A stretch of DNA of 64,000 nt from Acidimicrobiaceae bacterium (GCA_002705305.1 PAHW01000002.1:26392-90391); one strand, 5' to 3'; positions 19,502 to 29,029 are shown, numbered from the stretch's first letter. A program made the numbers and translations. Notes: a model not told the origin generated them from the sequence alone.

Positions 19502-20479
19502 TTAACCTCGGAGCTTGCTAATTGTTTGACCGGCGCCCCATTGGTTCGCTTCCAGCGCCAACAGGATGCCGACGAGGTTGTCGTCTCGGATCCTTTCAAG
19601 TTCACGAACCGTATAGTCGCCCGATTGAGCGTCAGATTGTTCGGTAATGCGCTCTATCAACGCCTCAGTCAACTCGGGGGTGTCAGTGAGCTTGGACCAT
19701 GGCCACGAAAGAGTAGGACCGAACTGGCTTATGAAATGAGCCATGCCCCCCTCGCCTCCGGCTATTCGATAGTTCTCAAACAACCCCATTTGAGCCCAGC
19801 GCAAACCGAAACCGAAACGGATTACGTCATCAATCTCTTTAGTTGTGGCAACACCGTCGTTCACCAACCACAGGGCTTCCCGCCAAACAGCCTCAAGAAG
19901 ACGATCAGCGATGAAAGCGTCAACTTCGACGCGAACGTGGAGAGGGCGCATTCCCGCCGATTCATACAACGTCATCGCCCGAGAAATTGTCTCAGCGGAA
20001 GTCAACTTCCCTCCCACCACCTCGACCATGGGTAGTAGATACACAGGATTGAAGGGATGCCCCACCACGAGCCGCTCGGGGGACTTCATGGCTTCTTGCA
20101 AGACACTCGGCTTCAACCCGGAAGTGGAAGAAGCGATCAAGGTCGTTGCGTCAACGGACCGTTCGATTTCTGTCAATATTTGGGTCTTTAACTCAAGTAT
20201 CTCTGGAACGCTTTCTTGCACAACATCTGCATCTACGACGGCCGCATCAATCGATTCGAAAAAACTCAGTCGTCCCTCACCTTTCGGCGTCTTACCCATC
20301 CGGGCCCAGGCATGCCGGGCGTTGTCAAGCGCTTGAGAAACGATTCTCGGAGCATCACTTGATGGGTCAGTCACAGCAACATCGGTTCCGCGAAGGAGCC
20401 AACGCGCGGCCCAAGCGGCGCCAATAACTCCAGCCCCGACGAGAGCGATGCGTTTAGGTGGCGCTGGTAGGTCGTTCAT
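19502..20479 (-). CDS. L-carnitine dehydrogenase-like 3-hydroxyacyl-CoA dehydrogenase family protein
   Basis: The N-terminus IALVGAGVIGAAWAARWLLRGTDVAVTDP matches recalled carnitine dehydrogenase N-termini. The start overlaps the upstream stop by 4 nt. Confidence 0.7.
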   Translation of the reverse strand: MNDLPAPPKRIALVGAGVIGAAWAARWLLRGTDVAVTDPSSDAPRIVSQALDNARHAWARMGKTPKGEGRLSFFESIDAAVVDADVVQESVPEILELKTQILTEIERSVDATTLIASSTSGLKPSVLQEAMKSPERLVVGHPFNPVYLLPMVEVVGGKLTSAETISRAMTLYESAGMRPLHVRVEVDAFIADRLLEAVWREALWLVNDGVATTKEIDDVIRFGFGLRWAQMGLFENYRIAGGEGGMAHFISQFGPTLSWPWSKLTDTPELTEALIERITEQSDAQSGDYTVRELERIRDDNLVGILLALEANQWGAGQTISKLRG

Positions 20480-21369
20480 GGATGGTGCGCAACGAGTTCA
20501 AGCATCTCGCGAACCCTGGCCGGCCCAATCACCTCAAAATTCAAAGACTCGAGAATCTTTTTGGCCCGCGCAGTGAGTGTTTCATTGGTGGCGAGCTGCC
20601 CGCGATCTAGATACAGGTTGTCTTCAAGGCCCACCCGCGCGTTTCCCCCCGCTACGGCGGCTAGAGCGACATAGGGTAACTGCTCCCTGCCGAGTGAAAA
20701 CGCCGAAAAAGTCCATTCCTCGGGAACGTTGTTCACCATTGCCATAAATGTGTTCAGGTCATTAGGGGCTCCCCATTTGACACCCATGCATAACTGAACC
20801 ATGACGGGTGAATCGATCAGACCTTCGGCGACGAGCGACTTGGCCTCCCACAATTGGCCCGTATCGAAAATTTCGATCTCAGGTCGAACTCCGAGTTGTT
20901 GTATTTGCCGGGCCATCTCTGCGAGCGTGTCATGCGTATTGGTAGCGACGTAGTTCCCTTCTCCAAAGTTCATGGTCCCGCAGTCGAGAGTGCAGATTTC
21001 CGGTTGTAGAAGCCGAACGTGATCAAGCCGTTCAGTTGCGCCGACCAGGTCCGTTTGCCGAGAATCGAGTGGCAGCGGCTCCTCAACCGAACCAATAACT
21101 AGATCGCCGCCCATGCCCGCGGTCAGATTGAGCACAACATCGGTCGAGGACGCTCTCACCCGTTCTACGACTTCTTGGTAGTACTCAACCTGACGGTCTG
21201 GGTCCCCTGTAATCGGGTCTCGGACATGAATATGGGCGATAGCCGCGCCCGCTTGGGCCGCAGCGATCACATCCGCAGCGATTGCCTCGGGGGTGAACGG
21301 AACTTTGTCAGATTTCCCGACTGTGTCTCCCGCGCCGGTGACCGCGCAGGTGATGAAGACTTCAGGCAT
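20476..21369 (-). CDS. Beta-keto acid cleavage enzyme (BKACE / DUF849), dehydrocarnitine cleavage-type
   Basis: 297 aa. The ITCAVTGAGDT N-terminus and IAHIHVRD motif are characteristic of BKACE TIM-barrel enzymes. It overlaps the upstream gene by 8 nt. Confidence 0.75.
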   Translation of the reverse strand: MPEVFITCAVTGAGDTVGKSDKVPFTPEAIAADVIAAAQAGAAIAHIHVRDPITGDPDRQVEYYQEVVERVRASSTDVVLNLTAGMGGDLVIGSVEEPLPLDSRQTDLVGATERLDHVRLLQPEICTLDCGTMNFGEGNYVATNTHDTLAEMARQIQQLGVRPEIEIFDTGQLWEAKSLVAEGLIDSPVMVQLCMGVKWGAPNDLNTFMAMVNNVPEEWTFSAFSLGREQLPYVALAAVAGGNARVGLEDNLYLDRGQLATNETLTARAKKILESLNFEVIGPARVREMLELVAHHP

Positions 21370-22579
21370 CTTCGCCCTCCTTGGAGTGACCGAATCCTAG
21401 AGATTGTTCTCCAGGGTTGAGGGCTCGCCGTAGAACTCGCATTCTCGAATAGACCTCATCAGCGTCGAGATATGTGCCGCGAAGTTCACGCGTGCCTTCC
21501 TGGCTATCGAAGGACTCCCGTCCGTGCAGGACGCGACGGTTGTCAAAAGCGATCAAGTCTCCCGGGGTCAAGTCATAACGGATTTGAAAGTCGTCACTGT
21601 TAGCGAGTTGACCGAGGCGGCGCATGGAGTTGTACGCGTCGTCAATTTCGTTGTGGTCCATGGCCGGAAAGCCTCGCACCGGATGGAACGCTCGAAATGT
21701 CCAGGGAATTCGACCGTCTCCCGTATCGATGATGGGAGCGGTCCATCGGTGATCGTGGTTACTGTCGCGGTTGAAAAACGTCCACTTCAGAGTGATCAAC
21801 CGCTGAAATACATCGGGTTCATGATCCTGTAGGTAGTTGATCACCGCAAGGCCATCGGTCATCGTCGACTGCCCCCCACCAACATCATTTTTGAGGCAAT
21901 GCAAAAGTTGGAACCCAGGCGGAACTTCCCGCGTCGGGAGGTCGCTGTGAGCTGGGAGTCTTGAGTTCGTGTTGGCGGTTGAATTCGGATCAAAATCGAC
22001 GCTCACGTGCCAGGTAGGACCAAAATTTGAATCGCGCAACGCTCCGATACGACTACCAACAAGCTCTACCGTTTCGGTTTGGAGGGGTAGGCAAGTCAAT
22101 CTGGTAAGCCCAATTTCCAAAAGGTCATGAAGCCAAGCGGCCAACGCATCATCGTTCTCGAGAATCGACAAACCATCGTGAGTCGGAGGTTCTCGAAGAT
22201 CGGTAGCGTTCCAAGGTTTAGGTTCGGGCAACAACGCGAATGGGTGATGTAAGCCGTCGGCAACATGTCGCAACCAGCCCGGGTGAAAACTCGCCCCCCG
22301 GTTCTCAGGAATGAATTCAACAACTAAGGCGCCGGCATCAATAGATGCCGCACCGATAGTTGTGGACATGTCCAAGTCGGTGACATCGAGGTCGTTCTCT
22401 TTGGAGCGAGGATCGATGCCGTCAGGGCCGGGAGCGTTTTCTCTGAGCCACAGAGGATGACATTCGAGCTGCTGACCATCGGACCAAGCGACAATGACTC
22501 CCCCCAGGGCGGTTTTCCTTACCGCCTCCAGTGCAAACCACGGGTAACTGTAATAATCGGGAGTCGGTAGGTCGTTCAT
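21362..22579 (-). CDS. Gamma-butyrobetaine dioxygenase-like Fe(II)/2-oxoglutarate oxygenase (TauD family with DUF971-like N-domain)
   Basis: 405 aa. N-terminal domain reads W.DG....HPLWLRENAP. The HxD triad is in LPAHSDLP and the distal His in RRVLHGRESF. Confidence 0.7.
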   Translation of the reverse strand: MNDLPTPDYYSYPWFALEAVRKTALGGVIVAWSDGQQLECHPLWLRENAPGPDGIDPRSKENDLDVTDLDMSTTIGAASIDAGALVVEFIPENRGASFHPGWLRHVADGLHHPFALLPEPKPWNATDLREPPTHDGLSILENDDALAAWLHDLLEIGLTRLTCLPLQTETVELVGSRIGALRDSNFGPTWHVSVDFDPNSTANTNSRLPAHSDLPTREVPPGFQLLHCLKNDVGGGQSTMTDGLAVINYLQDHEPDVFQRLITLKWTFFNRDSNHDHRWTAPIIDTGDGRIPWTFRAFHPVRGFPAMDHNEIDDAYNSMRRLGQLANSDDFQIRYDLTPGDLIAFDNRRVLHGRESFDSQEGTRELRGTYLDADEVYSRMRVLRRALNPGEQSLGFGHSKEGEDA

Positions 22580-22760
22580 CTCACAGCCACTTTTGCCGTT
22601 GAGTCACGAGGAGTCGGGCGGTCTGAGTGCATTGGGTCAAACACGCTGCTTTCGAGGCGCTGATAGTGCTTCTGATAACGAAACCGTAGTCAATAGCTAC
22701 AGGAGTCTTGATCAACGTTCCTGAGTGACGTGAAGCGTTCGATCTCCTAGCTTTGCAGCG

Positions 22761-23570
22761 ATGCCTAAACGTGACGTCTACACCCATGGTCACCAGCCAG
22801 CCGTCGTCGATCAACATGCTCGGCGGACCGCTGAACGATGCGCGGCCTTCGTCCGTGGAATTATTTCGCCAGATTTTCAAATACTGGATGTTGGATGCGG
22901 CCCGGCGTCGATCACGGTGGGACTCGGTAAATGGGTTCCAGAAGGAACCGTAACTGGGATTGACATCGGCGGCGACATCGTGGAAGTGGCGAGAAGCGCG
23001 GTCGAAGCATCAGGTTTAAGCAACGTGACTGTGGAGCACGCATCGGTATACGAATTGCCCTACAAAGACGACTCCTTTGACATCGTGTATGCGCATCAGG
23101 TGATGCAACACTTGACTGACCCAGTTTCGGCCCTCAAGGAAATGGCCCGGGTGGCGCGTGTCGGGGGTTACGTAGCGGTGCGGGATGCCGACTATTACAC
23201 GATGTCTTGCAGCCCGGAATCCGAAATGATCGACGAATGGCGTCGCATCTATTGTCTCGTTGCCCGTCGTAATGGAGCTGAACCGGACGCCGGCCGACAT
23301 TTACTGGGCTGGTGTCATCAGGCAGGTCTTCAGGATGTGCACATCTCAGCTTCTGCTTGGTCCTATTGGACTGAAGAAGATCGAGAGAATTGGGGATTCT
23401 CGTGGGCGGAAAGGTGCCTTACCACCAGCTTCGCCGAGCAGGCTTTGGAGTATGGCTACGCGACAAGGGCAGAACTAGAAGAGATCGCGAAAGGTTGGCG
23501 CGCGTGGGCAAAGAATCCCAGCGGGTATTTTCACTTCATCAATGGTGAAGCGCTCGCGCACGTCGAGTAA
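22761..23570 (+). CDS. Class I SAM-dependent methyltransferase
   Basis: Motif I is ILDVGCGPASITVGL, followed by acidic post-I and DIVYAHQVMQHL motifs. Confidence 0.8.
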   Translation: MPKRDVYTHGHQPAVVDQHARRTAERCAAFVRGIISPDFQILDVGCGPASITVGLGKWVPEGTVTGIDIGGDIVEVARSAVEASGLSNVTVEHASVYELPYKDDSFDIVYAHQVMQHLTDPVSALKEMARVARVGGYVAVRDADYYTMSCSPESEMIDEWRRIYCLVARRNGAEPDAGRHLLGWCHQAGLQDVHISASAWSYWTEEDRENWGFSWAERCLTTSFAEQALEYGYATRAELEEIAKGWRAWAKNPSGYFHFINGEALAHVE

Positions 23571-23605
23571 ACAAGTCCTGACGCCATTGGCCAACGGGGG
23601 GGATC

Positions 23606-25192
23606 ATGGGCGCGTTGATGCCGGATAATTTTCCAGCGCTTGTCGACCGAGCGGCCGTCGAGTTCGCGGGGACAGAAGCAATATCTGACGGTGACTTCAG
23701 TTGCGACTACGCAGAGATGGGGCGACGTATCAGTGAGTGCGCCGCGGCGCTCGTTGCATCAGGCATAGAACCGGGTGATGCGGTAGGGGTATGGGCGCCC
23801 AACGCATGGGAATGGGTTGTCGCTGGAATGTCAGTTTTCGAGGCCGGCGCCGTTTTGGTGCCAGTTAACACCAGGTTCAAGGGGCGCGAGGCTGCTTACA
23901 TCTTGGAGAAAGCGAAAGTGAAGCTGCTGTTCACGGTGGTGGGCTTTTTGGGTAACGACTACGTCAGTGATTTGCAAGACTCGGGCGCAGTAGTGGACGG
24001 CTTAAACGAGATCGTTGTCCTACGAGGAGACACACCACCCGGCACTGTGTCATTTGACGATTTCTTGAGGCGCAGCACCGGCGACGAAACTGAAGAACTA
24101 GCTCGTCGGCGCCTCCAAATAGCGGGTTCGGATCTGGGTTTGGTGATGTTTACGTCGGGCACGACCGGGTTACCAAAGGGAGTGATGGTCGAACATGGGC
24201 CGATCATTCGCAGTTTCGGTCACACTGCCCGAGAACTCGGCATGAGAACTGGTGACCGGATGCTTGTGATTAATCCGTTTTTTCATGCTTTCGGGTTCAA
24301 CGGAGCGATAGTGCCCTGCTTCATGCACGGAGCGACGATCCTTCCACACCCAATATTCGATGTCCCCCGCGTATTGCAACGTATTCAAGACGAACGTGTA
24401 ACGGTCTTCCCGGGTCCCCCTGCCTTGTTCCAAGGTTTACTCAACCATCCCGATATGGACGAATACGACACTTCCAGTCTCCGCTCCGCCATGACCGGAG
24501 CTGCAAGCATCCCAGTAGAAACTGTCGTCGCCATGAGACAACGACTTGGCTTCGAGACGGTGATTACCGCCTACGGCATGACTGAGACTCATGGATTGGT
24601 TACGGCCTGCGATGCAGACGACCCGCCAGACGTTGTCGCCAGCACGAGCGGCAAGGCACTACCTGGCATGGAAATGAAATTGGTGGATGACGCGGGAAAA
24701 GAGGTTCCTTTAGGGAAGCCGGGCGAACTATTAGTCAGGGGGTATGGAGTTATGCGCGGCTATTTAGATGACCCTGAACAGACTGCCGAAACCATCGACG
24801 AGGATGGATGGATGAAGACCGGCGATATCTGCGTAATGAACGAAGACGGTTATATCGATATCACCGACCGAAAAAAAGACATGTTTATCAACGGTGGCTT
24901 CAACGCATACCCGGCTGAGATCGAGCGAACAATGCTTGAACACCCCCAAATTGGTCAGGTAGCCGTCATCGGAATACCCGACGAACGATTAGGAGAAGTC
25001 GGAGCCGCCTTTGTCGTTCCGAGCCCGCTAGGTGCGCCCGACGCAGCAGACGTAATTGAATGGTGCCGCGAACAAATGGCGAATTACAAAGTGCCTCGAC
25101 AATGCTGGATCGTCGACGAACTACCGCTCAATCCCTCGAACAAAGTTCTCAAGACGGAACTCAGAGACCGAGCGGCAGAAATGATGGGCTAA
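23606..25192 (+). CDS. AMP-dependent acyl-CoA synthetase/ligase (FadD-like)
   Basis: Has the AMP-binding motif MFTSGTTGLPKGV, plus YGMTE, TGD and a C-terminal NYKVP...NPSNKVLK. Confidence 0.85.
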   Translation: MGALMPDNFPALVDRAAVEFAGTEAISDGDFSCDYAEMGRRISECAAALVASGIEPGDAVGVWAPNAWEWVVAGMSVFEAGAVLVPVNTRFKGREAAYILEKAKVKLLFTVVGFLGNDYVSDLQDSGAVVDGLNEIVVLRGDTPPGTVSFDDFLRRSTGDETEELARRRLQIAGSDLGLVMFTSGTTGLPKGVMVEHGPIIRSFGHTARELGMRTGDRMLVINPFFHAFGFNGAIVPCFMHGATILPHPIFDVPRVLQRIQDERVTVFPGPPALFQGLLNHPDMDEYDTSSLRSAMTGAASIPVETVVAMRQRLGFETVITAYGMTETHGLVTACDADDPPDVVASTSGKALPGMEMKLVDDAGKEVPLGKPGELLVRGYGVMRGYLDDPEQTAETIDEDGWMKTGDICVMNEDGYIDITDRKKDMFINGGFNAYPAEIERTMLEHPQIGQVAVIGIPDERLGEVGAAFVVPSPLGAPDAADVIEWCREQMANYKVPRQCWIVDELPLNPSNKVLKTELRDRAAEMMG

Positions 25193-25209
25193 CTATTTTG
25201 GTTGCGAAG

Positions 25210-25230
25210 AAGGCGGAAATCGCCTTGTTT
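25210..25230. terminator. Weak candidate bidirectional terminator hairpin
   Basis: AAGGCG-GAAAT-CGCCTT (6-bp stem, 5-nt loop) followed by GTTT, lying between the convergent genes ending at 25192 and 25235. Confidence 0.3.
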
Positions 25231-25234
25231 GTGA

Positions 25235-26023
25235 CTAATCGAGAAAGTCGGGGTTTTCGGCGACAATTTTGTCGTAAATCGGTTGATAGCTGAACCAGCC
25301 TGCGAGGTCGCTTCCGGTCTGAAGAGCCGTCGTCTGGGCCACATCGTGTCGTATCGAAATTGGAGCTCCCGCCGCCTCAGCCATCAACTGGCTTTGACAA
25401 GTGCGTTCCATCGTGATGAACCACCAAGCGGCTTCATCAACAGTGCGTCCCACCGTTAACAGGCCGTGATTTTGGAGAATCACAGCTTTCTTGTCTCCCA
25501 ACGCGTCACCGATTCGATCACCTTCGTCGGTGTCTAGGACTACCCCAGTGAAGTCGTCGAACAAAGCGTGGTCTTCGTAGAAAGCGCAAGCATCTTGGGT
25601 GAGAGGATCGAGTAAGCGCCCAAGGCTTGACCACGTCTTACCGTACAAAGAGTGTGTGTGAGCTGCAGCAATGACGTCAGGACGTGCCTTATGAACACGA
25701 CTGTGAATGGCGAACGCGGCCTGATTAAGCGGAAAACGTCCCTCGACGATGTTGCCATCGTGATCTACCAACAAAAGGTCGGAGGTTTTGATCTGGCCGA
25801 AGGCGACACCGAAGGGGTTAACCCAGAAATGGTCAGTAAGTTCTGGGTCTCGCGCCGTTACGTGACCCGCTACGCCCTCCTCGAATCCGAACTTCGAAAA
25901 CACGCGAAAAACTGAGGCGAGACGCTGTTTGCGGTGTTCGCGCTCCTGCTCAATCGAATCAAACACAGGCGCGCTCGGAATCATGTCGTCAATTGTTGCG
26001 ATGGGATCAGCGGTATCGGTCAT
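25235..26023 (-). CDS. Class II aldolase / adducin-head family protein
   Basis: GHVTARDPE ... AAHTHS motifs. The start is set at ATG 26023 (MTDTADPIATI...). The ORF-track extension to 26257 overlaps the divergent CoA-transferase gene. Confidence 0.75.
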   Translation of the reverse strand: MTDTADPIATIDDMIPSAPVFDSIEQEREHRKQRLASVFRVFSKFGFEEGVAGHVTARDPELTDHFWVNPFGVAFGQIKTSDLLLVDHDGNIVEGRFPLNQAAFAIHSRVHKARPDVIAAAHTHSLYGKTWSSLGRLLDPLTQDACAFYEDHALFDDFTGVVLDTDEGDRIGDALGDKKAVILQNHGLLTVGRTVDEAAWWFITMERTCQSQLMAEAAGAPISIRHDVAQTTALQTGSDLAGWFSYQPIYDKIVAENPDFLD

Positions 26024-26119
26024 GCAACTCAGTTTAGAACCCGCTTGCTTAGCTTGCTTTCGCTCTGGGTACTTGGAGACAGGGTTGACTATCGTGACCA
26101 GTGAAGAAACGAACTGGCG

Positions 26120-28159
26120 ATGGGGGAGTCGGTGACCGAAGTCGGTGCCTACGCGGGGATTCGAGTGATGGAACTCGTGGAAGGAATAGCCGGTCCCTAC
26201 GCCACCAGATTCTTTGCCGATCAGGGTGCGGATGTAATCAAGGTTGAACCATCGCAAGGTGACTACTACCGCGGTGACCCCGGATTCCAGGCCATCAACC
26301 GCAACAAGCGATCCGTGGTGTTGGCTGATGACCGTGACCTAATTAGCACAGCTGATGTCGTAGCCGTGAAAGGTCCCCAAGACGCGGAGCGAGCTCGTCG
26401 TTTGGCGCCCGGATCTGTGATCGTTTCATTCCCGACCTGGGGCTCTCAGGGTCCGATGGTTGACCAGCCGGGGTCCCCCGCGCAAGTTGCAGCTATGACA
26501 GGGATCGCCTGGAACCAGGTGAGCTGGACCGAAGGTCCCGTCCACGTGGTTCTGCCACTCGCTTCATATGGAGCCGGAATGCTCGGAGCTTTAGCGATAG
26601 CAGCAGGCCTGTACGCGCGCGAGGCTCACGGTTCTGCACCCACCTACGAAGTCTCAGAAGTGGCCGGATCTGGTGCGATGCAAATCGGTGATTTTTGGTC
26701 TCCCGATACGACCCCCGAAAGAGACGGAGCGAGTCCTCTGGGACCAGCGGGACGAGCTCCCGCGTATCGTCCGTTTCGCGCAGCAGATGACCTCTGGTTC
26801 TTCGTTGCTTGTGGCACTCGTCGCTTCTACGAGTCGATGTTGAACGCGGTGGGTCGAATCGACCTTTTGGAAGACCCCATTCTCAGCAACCCCCCCTGGG
26901 GTCTCATCGAACCCGACCCCCTAGCTCACATCACCCCAATTCTTGAGAACGTTTTCGCGAATAACAGTCGAGCTGAATGGATAGAGATTCTGCGAGCTCA
27001 TGATGTGCCATGTCAGCCCATTCAGACAAGGGAGGAATTCTTAAGGTCTGATTTGGCAACGTCTAACGAACTCATGACGACGATTCATCATCCCGAACTC
27101 GGCCACGTAGCGATGCCGACGCAACCGTTGATCTTAGAAGCGTGCCCGGCCGAAGCTATTCACGCAGCGCCGGAGTTGGGTGAACACACTCGTGAAGTCC
27201 TGGCTGAATCACACACACCGGCCAAAGGATCGGGTCAAGGTGGGCCCCCGTTGGCAGGGACTCGTGCAATTGATTTGGCCTCGTTCATCGCAGGCCCAGT
27301 GATTACCAGGCACTTGGCCATGTTGGGGTCAGACGTCATAAAGATAGAACCGATTGACGGCGATCCATTTCGCACTTTCAGCCCAATGTTCAATGGCTGG
27401 AATCAGGGCAAACGAGCAGTCACCCTTGACCTGAAGAGCCAAGCGGACAAAGCGTTTCTCTATCGCATGATTTCAGAATCCGACGTGGTTGTGGAGAACT
27501 TTCGGCCAGGCGTTGCTGAACGATTGGGTTGTTCAAGTTCCGAACTTCGACAAATTCGCTCAGATCTCGTGCTCGTGAAAAGCCCGGGTTATGGATCCGA
27601 CCAATCGCGAGCCAGCCAACCGGCCTTCGACCCACTACTGCAGGCTCTGGGGGGAATGATGGCGGCACAAGGAGGAGCCGAAGAGCCCGTATTCTTAACG
27701 GTCCCAGTTCACGACGCCGCCACGCCAATCATTGCCGCGTTCGGCGTCGTTACTGGGCTCTACCACAGGTTGAAAACGGGACGATCCCAAACAGTCCACA
27801 CTTCCCTAGTGCAGACCACCACAGCAGCCCAATTGGCAGAATTCGTAGATTACGAGAATCGACCCGAAGTTGCTCAAGGTGGATTTGACCACAAAGGGCC
27901 TGACGGAGACCACTGTTTTGTGGAACGAGATGGGTCATGGATCTGGTCCGAACCGCTCGGCCAGGTAGATGTTGAAACTAAAGGTTTCGTTGGCAGCGAG
28001 GTCGCCTTAGCAAACGGTCTTGTTTGTGAACACCTCGACTCCCCAGGCTGGGGAGCGCTCAACCAAGTGGGGCAACTCATTAAAGGCGCCGGCCCGCATC
28101 CAACGCGTGCTCCTAATTTCAACGAACACGAAGTCGAATTGCGTTCGGAATTCGGTTAG
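26120..28159 (+). CDS. Tandem-fused double family III CoA-transferase
   Basis: 679 aa holding two CaiB/BaiF-like modules. Each starts with a GIRV/RAIDL...AGP....FADQGADVIKVEP / LGSDVIKIEP segment, and they are joined by the linker HTPAKGSGQGGPP. Confidence 0.8.
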   Translation: MGESVTEVGAYAGIRVMELVEGIAGPYATRFFADQGADVIKVEPSQGDYYRGDPGFQAINRNKRSVVLADDRDLISTADVVAVKGPQDAERARRLAPGSVIVSFPTWGSQGPMVDQPGSPAQVAAMTGIAWNQVSWTEGPVHVVLPLASYGAGMLGALAIAAGLYAREAHGSAPTYEVSEVAGSGAMQIGDFWSPDTTPERDGASPLGPAGRAPAYRPFRAADDLWFFVACGTRRFYESMLNAVGRIDLLEDPILSNPPWGLIEPDPLAHITPILENVFANNSRAEWIEILRAHDVPCQPIQTREEFLRSDLATSNELMTTIHHPELGHVAMPTQPLILEACPAEAIHAAPELGEHTREVLAESHTPAKGSGQGGPPLAGTRAIDLASFIAGPVITRHLAMLGSDVIKIEPIDGDPFRTFSPMFNGWNQGKRAVTLDLKSQADKAFLYRMISESDVVVENFRPGVAERLGCSSSELRQIRSDLVLVKSPGYGSDQSRASQPAFDPLLQALGGMMAAQGGAEEPVFLTVPVHDAATPIIAAFGVVTGLYHRLKTGRSQTVHTSLVQTTTAAQLAEFVDYENRPEVAQGGFDHKGPDGDHCFVERDGSWIWSEPLGQVDVETKGFVGSEVALANGLVCEHLDSPGWGALNQVGQLIKGAGPHPTRAPNFNEHEVELRSEFG

Positions 28160-28180
28160 TAAGTTCTGACGCGCAGGACC

Positions 28181-29029
28181 TCACTCCACATACGTCACTT
28201 TTGGAGTCGGGGCGTTTTCCAGGTCGACCCACCCCGAAAGCACACCCGAGGTATATCCGCCGTCCACGACGAGATGGTGACCGTTGACCCAACGAGATTG
28301 ACCAATAGCGAGCCATTCAATTGTCTCTGCAATCTCGTCGGGGGTCGCAGCGCGCCCCGAATGACTGAGAACCCAATCAATTCGCTCATCTCCAATTTGC
28401 TCGCGAAAGGCGGGCAACAATGGGGTCTCGACAGGCCCCGGACTCACTACGTTGCAGCGGATCCCAGTTCCCAATAGTTCCCCCGCATGGAGCATGCTCC
28501 ACACGATGACTGCTTCTTTAGAAAAGGAGTATGGATCAACCCCAACAGATCTACTGCGGTCACGCCACCAGTCTCGAATTTGGTCGTCATCGAGTTCCCA
28601 AAGGGATCTATGAATATCTAGACGCTGCTGCCACGCGTTTCCCGAAATCGAACCAACATTTACGATGCTGGTGCCGGCAGAAAAGCGAACCGCTACAGCG
28701 CGACTGAGAGTACGCACAGCGAGGAGGTTGACTTCGAGAACGGTTGAAGCTGTTTGGGTACCGGAAACTCCAGCGACGTTGACGAGAGAAGCGAAGTTCG
28801 CGGCATCAAACTGGCGGTCTAAATCTTGAACCAGCTTTTGAATCGCAGCTGCATCACTGAGATCACAAACGAAATGTGTCGCGACATCAACATCTCCGGG
28901 AGCATCATCTCGATCGACACTGATTACCCGCGCCCCTGCCCTGACCAAGCGACTACACACAGCGTGTCCTATGCCGGACGAAGATCCCGTGACAATCGTC
29001 AGGCGATCGCTGTTTCCTAGAGAAGACAT
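28181..29029 (-). CDS. SDR-family oxidoreductase
   Basis: VTGSSSGIGHAV cofactor motif. The start is set at ATG 29029 (MSSLGNSDRLTIVTG). Confidence 0.75.
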   Translation of the reverse strand: MSSLGNSDRLTIVTGSSSGIGHAVCSRLVRAGARVISVDRDDAPGDVDVATHFVCDLSDAAAIQKLVQDLDRQFDAANFASLVNVAGVSGTQTASTVLEVNLLAVRTLSRAVAVRFSAGTSIVNVGSISGNAWQQRLDIHRSLWELDDDQIRDWWRDRSRSVGVDPYSFSKEAVIVWSMLHAGELLGTGIRCNVVSPGPVETPLLPAFREQIGDERIDWVLSHSGRAATPDEIAETIEWLAIGQSRWVNGHHLVVDGGYTSGVLSGWVDLENAPTPKVTYVE

